Positions 36,640 through 50,186 of a stretch of DNA of 64,000 bases are shown one piece after another. The notes beneath the pieces were generated by a model, which saw only the letters and a program-made list of their open reading frames with translations, was not told where the DNA came from and did not search any database. The DNA lies in assembly GCA_045837725.1 (NCBI GenBank), contig JBEWZL010000294.1, positions 1 to 64,000 of the forward strand, read 5' to 3'. Made by a program: the position numbers and the translations under genes. The stretch is from Vermamoeba vermiformis (lineage: Eukaryota). Within the stretch, counting starts at the first letter, position 1, and each line of letters starts with the position of its first letter.

Positions 36640-39600
36640 ATGACTAGTTTACGAATTAATTTTATCGAGGAATACGGATCTGATTACGGTTATGATGGGA
36701 AAATAGATGCACTCAGAAAGGAGGAGTTTGGAAGAGTCGAAGGTAATTTTAAAATTTATTGTATATATATTTATACATTTTACGCGAGTAGTAGGTACAA
36801 GAAACTTCCTTCACATCCAAAAATAATTTTTCTAATTTCTGATCCAATTAATAATTCACGGCTGGACCGTTTATCAATCAAAGGCATATCAAATATATAA
36901 TTATGATTATTAGGAGTATATTTGGATAATGCCGGAGCTGCTCTTTACTCTGACAGTCAGATGCGTCATTTTCTTGAAACTATGCAGAAAAATGTCTTTG
37001 GAAATCCTCGTAAGTGGCAGCAAACAGTTATTTATATTGATCTCTATTTAATATGATCGCCTATTTAACTGAAAAATTCATAGACAGCCTGAATCCGACC
37101 AGTACACGAACAACTAACGAAGTGGATGCGATTCGCGAACAAATTTTGAATTATTTTAATACAAATTCGAAAGAATACTCGCTTATATTTACATCAGGTA
37201 TGAATTCAGCAAAATAATCGGCGTTAGAAATACGATCCAGAGGACCTCAAACCGGATCTTGCTTAGTTACATCAATTTATTAACCTCGTATTATTAAGGC
37301 GCTACTGCAAGCTTAAAATTAATCGGAGAATATTTTGATTGGTCCAGCCAAAGCCAATTTAGCTATTTAACAGAAAGTTGTCATAATTCCGTAATCGGCA
37401 TCCGAGAGTACGTCTCGCTAACTATTCTTTTATTAATATAATAGTATTAATTATTCAAATATAGATATGTTTTAGAAAAGGGAGGCAGTTTTAAGCCAAT
37501 TTCATTTGAGGAGATTGAACGGCAGATTGAAAAAGAAAATTCCGTTACAAATGATGACTTTATCAGCAATAATTCCAAGAATAACAGTAACAATAGCAGC
37601 AATAATAATATCAACAATATAAGCCGAAGTAATAGTCAACCGAATACACCAAGAAATATTGCGGCAGTAGTTCCGGCACCTCCGCAAAAGGTAAATAATT
37701 TGTTTGCCTTTCCTGCCCAATGCAACTTCAGCGGCAGGAAATTTCCGATGTCAATGATCGAGTACTTTCAACACTCAAAGGTCCTTAATCAAAACGGAAG
37801 GTACGTCCGAGCAAAATTTTTTTCACCACATCCGGATCCAAATTAGGACCAATTGGTTTACGGAGATAATTAATATATTTTTGTATTTCTAGGAATTGGA
37901 AGGTCTTATTAGACGCCTCATCATTAGTTAGCACGTCAAAGTTAGATCTGAAAAAATACACGCCTGATTTTGTAGTGCTATCTTTTTACAAAATGTTCGG
38001 ATTTCCTACGGGCATTGGAGCTCTAATAGTCAAAAATGGTAAGTATTACCTTATTTGGAAAAATAGTGCCTAACTTATGTAGATTCAACGGACACCTTGA
38101 AAAAGAAATATTTTGGCGGAGGAACTGTTGCAACGACTCTGAGCGGAGAAAATTACAAAGTATTTCGAGAAAATATTTCTGCAAAGTTTGAAGACGGCAC
38201 GATTGATTTTTTAAACATTATTGCGCTGCGGAAAGGCATCGAAACTATTTGCGAGTTGGGCATCGATAAAATATCAAGGTAACTTATCAAAATCAATATA
38301 ATAATCAAATATTCTGCAAATATTACTTTTTTTATGGCTCGCGTCATTTTTTCACGGTGACACTTTGACACGTGTCAAGAATTTTTTCACGTGTCAAACT
38401 CAAGCTTTTGTGATTAACGATTACTTCATTTTTAGACATACATTTGCACTATCGAGATATTTATATACGTCTTTAATGGATTTACGACACGCTAATGGCA
38501 GTCCCGTTTGCGTCGTGTACGGTGTAAATAATCACTTCAAAAGTCACGAAACACAAGTACGTATATCATTATTAATACCATATTCTATTAAACACTAACG
38601 TATATTTGACGTATTATAGGGACCTATTATCAGTTTCAATCTGCTGAATCCAAATCTTGAGTACGTGGGCTACGGTGAAGTTGAAAGATTGGCCGCCATA
38701 AACAACATTAGTATTAGAGTATGTACCGTTAAATTTATCAAATTTATTATAGCCCTGACCTACTATCTATAGACGGGATGTTTTTGCAATCCAGGCGCGT
38801 GTCAACATTATTTGGACTTGTCAAATGAGCGGATCAAGAAAAATTTTCTGGAGTTCGGTCACGTGTGCTGGGACCAACACGACATTATTGAAGGCATGCC
38901 CACTGGTGCTGTTAGAGTATCAGTACCTTATTTTGCGACCTTCGAAGATGTCCATGTAAGTTGGATCTGGTAAAATCCAAATTAGGAAAACTTGCTAATC
39001 TTCATTCACTGAACCAGATTTTCATTGAATTCATCAAAAAGTACTTTGTGTCGAGCAAAGAGGCCATAACACCTCGTTCTATGGCTCAACAAACATCGAC
39101 TGATATAACTTTGGAGAAAATTATTCTTTATCCGATCAAATCTTGCGAGGGCATGGAAGTCGATGAATGGGAAATTTCCGAAGAAGGTTCGTTATTGACT
39201 TAGTTTCATGAAGCTTGGAAATTTAATGAATATATTTCTAGGTCTACTTTATGATCGCGAGTGGTCGCTAATAGACGACAGTGGCGCGTACATTAATCAA
39301 AAAAAATTGCCGCAATTATGTTTTATTCGCCCGCACATCGATCTCGAAAGCGGAATAGTGACCGTATCTGCACCGGATATGCCTAATTTGGTAATTCCGT
39401 TGAACGAGAACCCCGAAGACGTACTCACGGTGCGAGTTTGTGGCGACACGTGAGTGACTTTTAATCTTTGCAATAATTTATTGACTCTATTTTTAGATGC
39501 ACGGCGATGGCCTATAAAGGTGAAATCAAAGATTGGTTCACGAAATTTTGTGGCAAGTCAGTGACACTCGTCAGACAACGCACGACTGAAAATGACACGC

Positions 39601-40277
39601 GTCACTTGTCACAACGAAGAATGAAACAATTGCACGTGGAAAATAATGGCAATGTTAGCACGACACCGAGGGAAGAACCAAAAATGGAAATTGCGCCGAA
39701 AATTTCTTTCGTGAACGAAGGCCAATTTTTGGTCATAAATCAGGCTTCGATTGATGAACTTAACGAGAAATTGAAAGAAAAACAGTTGGAAGATCCAAAT
39801 GTCAAATTAGTGACATATGTCAATTTCAGGTACGCACAGAAACCTTGAAAAATTTTTGCAAAGTTTTGACTTTTTCTTTTTAGGCCAAATTTGGTAATCA
39901 GATCAACTGAACCGTACAATGAAGATCAATGGCAAGCGATTAAAATAGACGAACAGTACCTCGGATCTGTTGGGCCGTGCAACAGATGTCAAATGATTTG
40001 CATTAACACGAACACTGGTACTTTTCAACAAGAGCCTTTATTAACACTATCAAATTATCGGCGCGATAAGGTAAGTCACCGCTACTATAACATTTATGTA
40101 CCTTGCATTTTTGTGTAAATTTTTTAATTCAAACCCTAACCCTAGATCCAAAACCTGTTTTTACTAACAAGAGAATAGGGCCGTATATTGTTTGGCTCCC
40201 TATTCATTCATTTGCGAGACAAATCAGCGCAGCCGTTCAAATTGAAAACAAAATCAAAAATTGAAGTTGTATCATAA
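36640..40277 (+). CDS. MOCOS: Molybdenum cofactor sulfurase (NifS-like PLP domain plus MOSC)
   Basis: [56 protein letters not shown]. Confidence 0.95.
38365..38378. promoter_or_regulatory. Intronic palindrome TTGACACGTGTCAA
   Basis: In a MOCOS intron, with a partial copy at 38388-38398. Confidence 0.6.
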
Positions 40278-40339
40278 TGCGAACAAAAATAAGCGAAGAA
40301 AATGCACGTTAGAATTCTATTCCAAAAACTATTCCAAAA

Positions 40340-42491
40340 TTATTTACATTTGTACAATACAACAACAACAAGCTGGGCATACTTGAGAAAATTTTCTGCC
40401 AAAATTAGCAGTTCAAGTCGACTACAAAAGCAAAAATTATTTTCTGTGCTATGCACCGCAGATCTGACCAAAAAATACTTACTGAGCTCATCATCATCGC
40501 TTACTACTTGAGGAGCCTCCTTTGATACCTTCTTAGTGTCGTTAAGCTTAATATTATCAGCGGTACTGTAGACACTTTTTCGTTTAGCAGGTGGATCTTC
40601 ATTGCTCGAAACTTCAATTTGGTCGCGTTTTCGTTTGTTGCCGTTCACTGAATTGTCTTTGCTCGGCGGGTCCAACCAAATCACGGTCTGATTGGTCAGT
40701 TGTGGCGCCAAGTCATTGCCGGAATTCATTTGCAACATCTGCTGGACCTCACGGAACAACTGATGGTTCCACGTAATATTCCGCAAATCTTGTCGGAGAA
40801 TTAATTCTTTTAATATTCCGATTGCTGCTTTTGCATGTGCTTTGCAGATATTATCGCTGGGTTTGTATTTAAATTCTGCTAAAGCTCCAAAAAGTATTTT
40901 TATAATCGCCTCGACTATCTCCACTATTTGCCTTCGAAGTCGCTAAATAATAAATTGTTAGTCAAATAAGGCAATTTTCAGTGAACCAGACTTACGTATA
41001 ACGACCAAAAATTGTGGTCAAATGATTGTTCGTCATCGCCCATGAAATCGCCATAAGCTGATAGAATCATGCAAGGCGTAGCACTATTCTCACTATAATT
41101 ATTATGGTGATAAAATTTGTAGCTATAGAACTGCGAGGGCGGCATTAAAATCGCTTGGCCGAGCTTAATGTCGCGCGTTTCAGATCTGATCCCGAGAGCA
41201 CGTAATCTCATTGATAATAAGGTGTCCCATTCGGAAGAATTATCTACTTTGTATGCTGTACCAGGTTGCAATAACTGCACTTCAGTGTACGCAGCTTTAG
41301 CGATGTCTTCAAAATCTTTTTGTTCCTGGAAATTTCAAATTAATTAGTTTCTAATATTAATTTTGTAATTATCTATACTTACTCCTGCATCAAATCGATG
41401 CCAGTAGTCTATTTTTATAGTTGTTCTCGGTCCCATTGTTTGACAAAGGATGGATGCGCAAGCACCATGACCAGCTAGCTGAGGAAAAACCATTACTTGG
41501 CCCCATGGCGGTGCAATATTGATTAATAGGTTGCCCGTGAGTATATTTGGCTCGCTATATATAATAATTCATTAATACTATTGAAAGAATTCGTGGTCAA
41601 CAAAAGTCAAATGTACTGGATGTGCTTTAAACAATGAAAAGTATAAATAAATTAATAAAATCGCTCATATATAATACTTACTCGGAATATCTTGACAAAC
41701 AATATGTTCCGCCAAAAGTAAACGAGCTAATTGCTTCAATTTTACGTAACGCCAACAGATCTTTGGCCAATACGTTTATGCCAACGAGATATATTGCCTC
41801 GTTCTTATTCTTGCAGTTTATATACCACTATGATTATTGCTAATTAATTTGAGCCCTCTATTTGAATTAAAATTTTGTAACTTACGTTGTACCATTGATC
41901 CACCGACATTGGAACTTCATTAAAGACCTTGTGCCATACATTATTATCGAAGCGAACGAATTTAAGCGCCACGCCCATAGCGTTACGATAAGCGTTCAAA
42001 TTGGAAATGAAGTAGTCCCAATTTGTTAATGCTGGCGGCAGATCTTCCATAGAAAAAATAGTAGCCTTTTGGTTCTTAATGTTCTTTAATAAGACATCCA
42101 TATTAGGCGGAATCTATAATATTTGGCAAATTAGTCTGCTGCAGACAATCAGTCAAATTTTTCGATCTGTGACTCACCGCTTCTGAAATGGCAGTTGTGC
42201 TTTTATTATTCGAAGACCGTTCTAGATAATAATAAATTCGTCAATTAATTAAATAAATAAGATGGAGTATCTAGATCAGTAAAAAAATTCTGCTTATTTA
42301 TCCTTTGTAATCAAAATAAGGCTTGTTTACGTTGTAGGCGTTTAATACAATATTTATAAAATATTATGAATATTTATAGATAAATTCCTACCTTGATCTG
42401 CCGAGATCGATAGACACGCGTCACAAAATTGCGCATTGCCTTTACTACTAAACCTCGTGTCGCAAATAGCGCATGCCCTTGTCGAATCCAT
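40340..42491 (-). CDS. Nuclear-type protein with an N-terminal C4 motif and a degenerate JmjC/cupin-like domain
   Basis: CAIC...CDAC; LGIRSETRDIKLGQAILMPP; bipartite NLS-like KRKR...KRK. Confidence 0.5.
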
Positions 42492-42582
42492 TCTTTGAAA
42501 GTATCACTGTTGGTACTTCATTGCAGGAAAAGAGTCTTTTGGATCAAAGTTGCCGCCTTTTTTTTTGATCCAAAATTTAATT

Positions 42583-42654
42583 AAGTACAACGAGGCATTT
42601 TCTTCGCCTTAATTTGTACAAGTACAACGAGGCATTTTCTTCGCCTTAATTTGT
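42583..42654. repeat. Tandem duplication, 2 x 35 bp, period 37
   Basis: AAGTACAACGAGGCATTTTCTTCGCCTTAATTTGT twice, separated by AC. Confidence 0.95.
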
Positions 42655-42721
42655 GCATCTATCATCACGAACAAAACTGCCGAATTGAATCTTGCTTTGA
42701 GAATTCTATAAAAAAAAAGAA

Positions 42722-44064
42722 TTAGATTCGCGAATCCAGATGTGGATTTAGACTTACCAAATCGCCAGTACAAAATTGCTGCTTTCCTCCCAATCTATTG
42801 AACTCGGAATTGAAGTAGCTGCTCCATTCAGTCGAAAAAACTGTCAAGGGATTGACCGCCAGAATAGTCTCACCCGGGTGGTTGTTGACATTGTTATCCT
42901 TAAGCAACGATGTTGGTACAGGTCTATCACATAACATGTTAATATAGGTCTCGGTCTAAATACACTCATATGATTTCTACTTGCCTAACTTGCAAAGGAA
43001 GTCCTTCTTTGCCTACGCGACCGACGATCTGACCGAGGTACGCTTGATCACCTCTTTGTACTGACACAGTCTTCAATCGCCCGTAAATGACGTACCAAGG
43101 ACCACAACGAACAATAACACTATAATTAATATAATGAGCCTTCGTGCTTGCTATAAAAAAAGGTTTTAAAAAAGTTAGCGTACCTGCGCCCAGCTCCAAA
43201 AGGCGAGTTGTCTCCAGCGTGAACGATTTGACCACCACACGACGCAATTGCAACGTCATTTTCATCGGCAATGAATTCGAGCCATGGATTCATTCCCTAA
43301 GAACAGACACGCAACCTCGCGATTAGCATGACACGTGTCAAGTAATTTTTGAAAGAATCGTGTCTACGTACCTGTGATGCTCTGAACTGAGCATTGTTCG
43401 CACGTGCAATGCGCGTGTCACCGTAGAACTGTCGCACTTGACGCTGTGTTGGCAAAGGCAGCAGTGTCAAAGTACGTCCTTCGTTTATGTTGGGAAGTGG
43501 AGTTGAAGGCACGGTACCGCATGATTTCAAGAACTGCTTCGATGTCCATCCAACGTATGATTGGTATCTATGATAAGGTATTATATAATGGCTCGTTACA
43601 AACAAATTATCAATCGAGATCTCGCAAAATGTAGGCACGATATTTTGACGGATATTTTAATTTCTGAACTATCATATAATTTAATACATTGTATGCCAAT
43701 GTATTATTTGTCGTCGAAATGATAGAAAAAAGATAATTACTAATTTTTTAAATTATTAAATAATTTTTAGCTTTCTTACTTGACATTTCGCCAGATAATT
43801 CCTTCAGCTGTAATTTGAGCATTTAAATCTTCTAATTTAGTTCCATCTCTAACGCAAATCTATATTGATACTCCGCAATTAATAATTTGATCTATTATTA
43901 GTTTTTTCGAGTTTGCAACGCACCAATGACTGTCCAGAGATTGATGCTTCACTTCTAATGCGCAAACAGCTACCAGTATTAGTTACGCAGAAAAGTTGTT
44001 GCTGAGCTACAGCTTGAAGGACTAAACCGAAGAGACAAACCAAGCCGACCGAGATCTGCATCAT
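42722..44064 (-). CDS. Secreted SH3b plus degenerate M23 peptidase-like protein
   Basis: Signal peptide; LRIRSEAS...WRNVKYQSYVGWTSKQFL (SH3b); QFYG...AIASCGGQIV...VIYGRL...VQRGDQAYLGQIVGRVG (M23 fold). Confidence 0.75.
43329..43340. promoter_or_regulatory. Intronic palindrome TGACACGTGTCA
   Basis: In an intron of the SH3b-M23 gene. Confidence 0.6.
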
Positions 44065-44657
44065 CAAAATTGGACTTGGATTGTGGTTCTATTGTCCTCT
44101 AGTAAATTTATAAAATGAGCAGATTGCGCCGCATCAAGCTGATTTTCGGACAAGAAATTTTGATTGTGACACTTTGACACGCTGCTTGACAACGAGCCTT
44201 GACAGCTTTGCAATGTGAAGATGAGACAAGATCTAACTGTGTTCGAGATCATTAGTCAGATGCAGGACTGAACCGCATTAATCTTCGTTGTGGTCTCCCT
44301 CAATAGCTCCCAAGGTCTCAAATCATCATGGAAGGTTCTAGATCCATTGCTAATAATGCAACTTTAGGTCAACGAATATGAGAGTATCAACTTCTGTATC
44401 AAAAAATGAACCAGAATCTTGACTCACGATAGCCAAGGAAGATCCGGATCAACTTCGTCCAGATCCCAACGTCCAATACAGCGTTCTATTAATTGCGGTA
44501 CTAGAGTGATCCCTTGATCAATACAACCACGTAGAAGAACGCTTGGCCCTAGCGAGGAGAAGATAACGCTAGAAATTTGAACCGGTCGGAAAAGATAAAA
44601 ATAAATCAATTTGACACATTTGTTCTTTTAAATTACGCTCTTGACCACAACAAAGCG

Positions 44658-47213
44658 ATGTATATTAAATCCATCGTATTGTCTGTTATTGTTGCATTAG
44701 GCTTTGTGGCTCTAGTTAGCGCTCAGCTGCCATTCAATAACTTTGGCTCGGCGACTGTCTCGCCTAAGCAATGGCAGTACTATACTTTCTCCGTTCAAGG
44801 TCTTAAAGAAGGTGATATGCTCATTGCTGATGTTTCAGACACCACAAATACCGACATCCAATTATTTGCTCAATTCGATCGTGAACCAACTGCTGATGAT
44901 TTCTGGCGCTTTGCTTACTATCAACCTATTAGCAACGATGCTTTTGAAAGAGTTTTTGGTAGGCCTTATAATTTTAGATAATCGCTGGATGTCTTTTTTG
45001 TATTTTCAAGATCCGTTAAAATTGACAGACATATTTCATTAGCAAATCTAATGCCCTTACCGCGCATTACATTAAACGTACTTAATTTAATAATTATTTA
45101 TAGCCGTCGTATTCAATGGAGAACTTGTCAGCACTCCTCAAAACGCATCCACAATCGTTTTTGGCGTCTACAATAACCACGATAGTACCCCTGCTACAAT
45201 CAGCTACCACTTCTATAGCAGAGGTAAGTCCTACAATATAAATCAAATCAGCGCTTTGCGCATCCACATACGGTGGATCTCTGAAATTGAAATTGCAATG
45301 ATTTCGAACTAAATTGCATAATGTCGTTATTATTATGATCCCGCTGTGACATTAAATGAATTAAATATTATCCGACTCATCAAGCTTCAAATAAAGAAGC
45401 TACCAGCAAGTCACAAAATCCGCAAAATATTTACGTACATCCGTTTAGGTCTGATCGACGTTATCATTGGTGAGACTCGTATTGTCCATTTAGAAGAAAG
45501 CCAGTATCAATTCTTCCGCTACACCATTGACGAAGGAACTGCTACTGCTGGAAACTACTTGCTTCGAATTGAGACCGTTGCTGTTACTGGCGACGTTATC
45601 GTAAGTCCTTAATAATATACAATTTATAATACTATACCTATACTTTCGTATCCAACTAACTCTTTTTTTTAGTCCTTCAGAGGTCGCAACCAATTTCCGA
45701 TCGGCATTCCCTCCATCGGTAAGCAATAATATCTGATGTAATATTGCTAAATATAACCACTGTATTAATGTAATGACTAGGATTTACTTACGGCATTCCT
45801 GCTGTCGATGAGCCCGGAATCTCGTACATCGGTTTGACGTCAGATCTTCAACCCGGCACTGAGTACGCAGGTGTTGCTAGCTTGGATCCTCCTGGTGGTG
45901 TTGAAGACGAAAGCACCGACGTTGCGATGTCATTTAGCTATGCCCGTAAGTCTCCAATAGAACCAAAGAAATATACCTCAGATCCGTGTTGACACGTGTC
46001 AACTGACATGTCACTTTTTTCTTGCTGCAGAAAGCTACAACATCCCTGTCAGCCCTGACACCACTTTCATTCAAACCTACGATTTGCTTCCCAACAGCTG
46101 GTTGTATTTGACCGTGCCTACTGGTGGTGCCAACCAAGTCTTGGTCGTTGAAACTATCACTCCTGGTCCCTTGATGTTGCCCTTGATTCGCGTACGATAA
46201 TCTTATCATAACTATGCCTATTAGTTCACTTAACTAAATGATATTGTTCTTAGAATGGTGGATTCCCTTCTGCGCTCTATCACGACGGCTGGGCCCAACG
46301 CACTATATTGCGCCAATTGGATTCAGCCAACACTCCCCAATTCACCTTCAGAGCAATCAGCGAGCCCATTACCACCGCCAATACTGTTGTTGGATACCTC
46401 AACACCGGTACGTACTAAGAAAACTTCATCAAAAGATCGCATCTGACCTCGATCCAGACACCGTTGAGATTTACGCCACATTGGTTGCTCACTACGCTCT
46501 CGTTCGTGAAGTTCGCCTCGGTGATTCTTTTGACAACGAGTTCTTGAACACTAGTGGCATGTGGCGCTTCTATCAATTCCAATCCGGTGAATCTGGCAAG
46601 GACGCGTTGTTGTCTATCAGACTCAGCCCTTCTGCTGGCCACAGCGACATCTTCTACTTCATTGGTGGATTCCCCACTCGAGAGCAGGTATGTAAACATA
46701 ATTTAAAACGATGCAAAAGTTACCGTTGGAAAGCTCATCGAACCTCGTTTAACACCACATCCAGAACTTGCCTTGGTACTCCGCCCAAACTACTGATGGC
46801 TCCAGTGAACGTACTGTGACCATTGGCTTGACTCTTAACACGATCTATACCATTGGTGTGCTCGCTAGCGATCAATTGGGCTCATCGACCTTCTCCATCT
46901 CGTTCAACAGAGCTACCCGCCCCGAAGCTTCGACTACTAACGACAATGTCTCGACCGCACTCGTGGTAGTAGTTGTTATTTTGGGCTGCACCACTGCTGT
47001 TGGTATCATTGCTGTTATTGTGTTGGCTGTTCAACGGGTAAGCTACATCCAACTCAGTCTGCCTTTCGCCTTTCGCTAAAATTATAGAAAAAATATCTTT
47101 CGTGATTATGCACGTGCATGGATACTAATATGCACTTATTGTAGAAAAAGGAACAAGCTGCTCTTGCATCCGGTGAAGGTCCTAACTACACCAAGTTGGT
47201 TGATAACGAATAA
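44658..47213 (+). CDS. Type I membrane protein with repeated PPC-like beta-sandwich domains
   Basis: Signal peptide; repeated (W/Y)Q(Y/F)(Y/F) units with FDREPT/GGFPT; transmembrane segment; tail ending YTKL. Confidence 0.75.
45988..46003. promoter_or_regulatory. Intronic palindrome GTTGACACGTGTCAAC
   Basis: 16-bp palindrome followed by TGACATGTCA in the same intron. Confidence 0.6.
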
Positions 47214-48217
47214 GCTGACCCTTGCCTATTGTCGCATTCTTAAGACCACGTAATCTATCTATAAAAATTTTGCTATTATTAGAGCTCTCGTGTCCGTGGG
47301 TTTGGTATTTTTGATCAAATGTCCCTTTCTGCAACACAACCGATCCCACCCACTATTTCGAGGAACGGCGATCAAAGTATATTTTAGACATATACCCGAG
47401 ATTATGATTTGAGTACCATCGCTTTCGCACGTCAGTGTATGGCCAGTTACAAGATGCAGAACAATTTTTATCTTATAACACCATCAGCTTTTGCAAATCC
47501 AAAATAGAGATTAAGACATGCGATAATACGCTCGATTAGGACATATTTTTTGTTCGAATTTACGTGGCTCTTCGCAGTTTAATTTGATCAGCGCAGGTCG
47601 AGGTCTGCCTACAACGTGCACGCTTCTCAAGGTACAGTACTACATATATTACACTGGCGGTACATGTATTCACCTGTACTAACGTATTAAATTCGCACTT
47701 AGTGACATTTGATCGCGTGTGTACCTTCCAATTCGCCAGTTGTTAGGCCTTCGAGCTGACGCTTCTTGAACTACTAGTAGTGATGCACTACCATCATAAT
47801 ATATAATGCCGCGAAAGAAGCGACATTAATCATGCACCGAGCTTGCGGCGGGCATTGTCCGACGCCATCTGAAACCACAGGATCACAGCGGGGAAATGCC
47901 GGTAAAGTTCAAAACAGGTACGTACACCCCTGAAATGTCGAAATTATACTCACGGACATAGCAAGGAAATATCGCGGGTAAAGGGACTTATCTTCTTGTA
48001 TTCATACTCCCACGGACAGAGTTTTTCCTTTTTAGGAGTGTTACAGACAATTTTAGGTTCAGTGTCCGTGTCCTTGAGCTCCCTAAATATCTACTTGTCA
48101 CGTTGCCTTCTAGGTTGTTAAATAGAATTTTGTTTTTGGTTCTTTTTCATTACTAATTCAGACCAGATCCAACGCCCCTCGAGCCTCTTTTTACCTCCCC
48201 TCCCCCTTCACACTACC

Positions 48218-49367
48218 ATGGTTCAAGCAAGTGCAGCTTCTCGTAGCATTACTCGACAACAATACGAAGAAGGCATCGTTACTCTTCGAGACTCAGTCAG
48301 GTCAAATGCGTTGAAATACAAGTGGCTACATTTGGTTGCTTGGGAGCTGGCAGAAAATTCTTGGGAGCTCTTTGGAAACCTTAGAGAGTCTAGCTGCTGC
48401 GATAAAGACGGGCTTAGACTATGGATCAACAATTTTGTTAACAAGTAAGTTGAAAATTTAGGTTTTACTTTTTACTCCGGATCAACAACGGAACAACTTT
48501 AAATTGAATGTCGTTAATTAATTTATACAAAGAAACCGTATTATTTACTAATCACGTTATTATAGTGCGATTGGATTTCAATTGCCGACTAGAGAATTTA
48601 TGCTGTATCTGCTTTTGATCTCGTTCACAAAAGTAGAATCCAACAGAGGTCGCAGAAAAGGCGCTGCTACTATTAGGCGCACTTCGGAAATTTTCTTCTT
48701 TGATGCCGCAGAAGAGGACAAGCGCTTACAACGAGTGCTATGGAATCTGCGAAAGTACTTCCACGTCGAGATTGCGGACTCAGAAGTTAATGGCTTGACT
48801 ACTATTCATCATGAACGCTTCGCTACAGTTTCTGATTGGAGCGACGATGGCCAGGTCACGAGATTTCTAAATTCAATCCGACCTTCGAACAATACTGGCG
48901 GTGAAAGCCCGAAGAGCAACAAAAAGAGCAGAGTTGGAAGAAAGCCTAAGAGCCCTAAGCAAACTAAAGGAAAGAACGCGATCAAGCCTGAGCCTTCTTG
49001 GAGTTCAGATTCAGAACCGGATGTCTCGTACTTTAGTTCCGAAGAGTCTTACTCGCATGAGGCCGCTGCAGGCGCCGCGGCATATACTGCGCAGTCATCG
49101 GACTCTATGGCTATCGAAGGCTACGAGAACCGAGCAGGATCTAATTTTAGCATCAACGAATCCGTTCAATTTGCGCAGGAATTCATGCTTGCGCCTCCTC
49201 GCACGTTCAACTTTGAAGAAGTTCTGCAATATAGCATTTCAAGGCTGCATCAAGTCTGGTCAACCAATGAGCCTGAGCGCATCCAAAGCTACCTCGACCA
49301 TTTGGACGCATTTTTTAATCCTGCATCCGCTTCTGCCAACGTCTACGCAGAAAATTTTCCTTATTAA
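48218..49367 (+). CDS. Hypothetical protein, paralog of 54969-56041
   Basis: Two exons joined by a phase-2 intron; basic and Ser-rich segments. Confidence 0.75.
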
Positions 49368-50186
49368 TAGATTTAACGTTTAGTTGACGTTGAAACTATT
49401 AATCTTGTATTATATGTATATAAACGCGCTACTGTATATTAACATTTATCTTGCGTTGCTGTACTTTTGCAAAGCTATCAATTTACTCTAATTAAATGTT
49501 AATATTAGAGCGAGGAAGGCGCATAATCACCGCGAGGAGATCACCCGCCACGCAAACCATGTAAAGTGGACAATTTCACCAACATTTGAATTTCCACACC
49601 ACTCGCCACACCACTGCGCACAAATTACGACAGCAACAACATCTGACGCTTGGTCATCACTAACAGAAATGATCCTGTATTGCTGTTTCGTGCAGCCGCT
49701 AATGTTCATCCGCTGTTGTTGTAGTTTCTTCGACGCTATTTGAAAAGTCCGTCTCATCTCGTTGCCCATGCAAGGCAAGGTAGTGTTGACATTAAAGGAA
49801 CTGGGGACTAATAAGCGGAAGTATGTTACGCTGTAGTAAAGAATCCAATACGTTGTTGTATCCAGATCATGAAAGTTCAGGATCTGACCGGCGCTTGTGA
49901 TGCAGACTTCAGGACTTATTCTTGATCAACTCGCTTTCCAAGCTCAAGAGGCTAATGTGGAAAGCGAATCGTTGCATTAAATTAGAAGTGGACCTTTCCA
50001 ATGATTTTTTCAAAGGCAGCGAATTTATTTGTGTACGTTTTTACACGCCGTGATGCCACAACTCCTTTATCAAATCGAAATCAAAACGGGCATTATGCTC
50101 ATAACGTATAATACTTCTGCAATAGTCAAAGAGGCGTAGCGCTGTCGATTTGATTCAGTTTTGCCGAGCCATTGCAAAGGAGAAAA

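Noticed and set aside
37565-37635. AAT/AAC/AGC repeat-like stretch
   Set aside because: Ordinary Asn/Ser low-complexity insert within the MOCOS coding sequence.
40131-40144. Telomere-like AAACCCTAACCCTA
   Set aside because: Only about two units inside an intron; compatible with chance.
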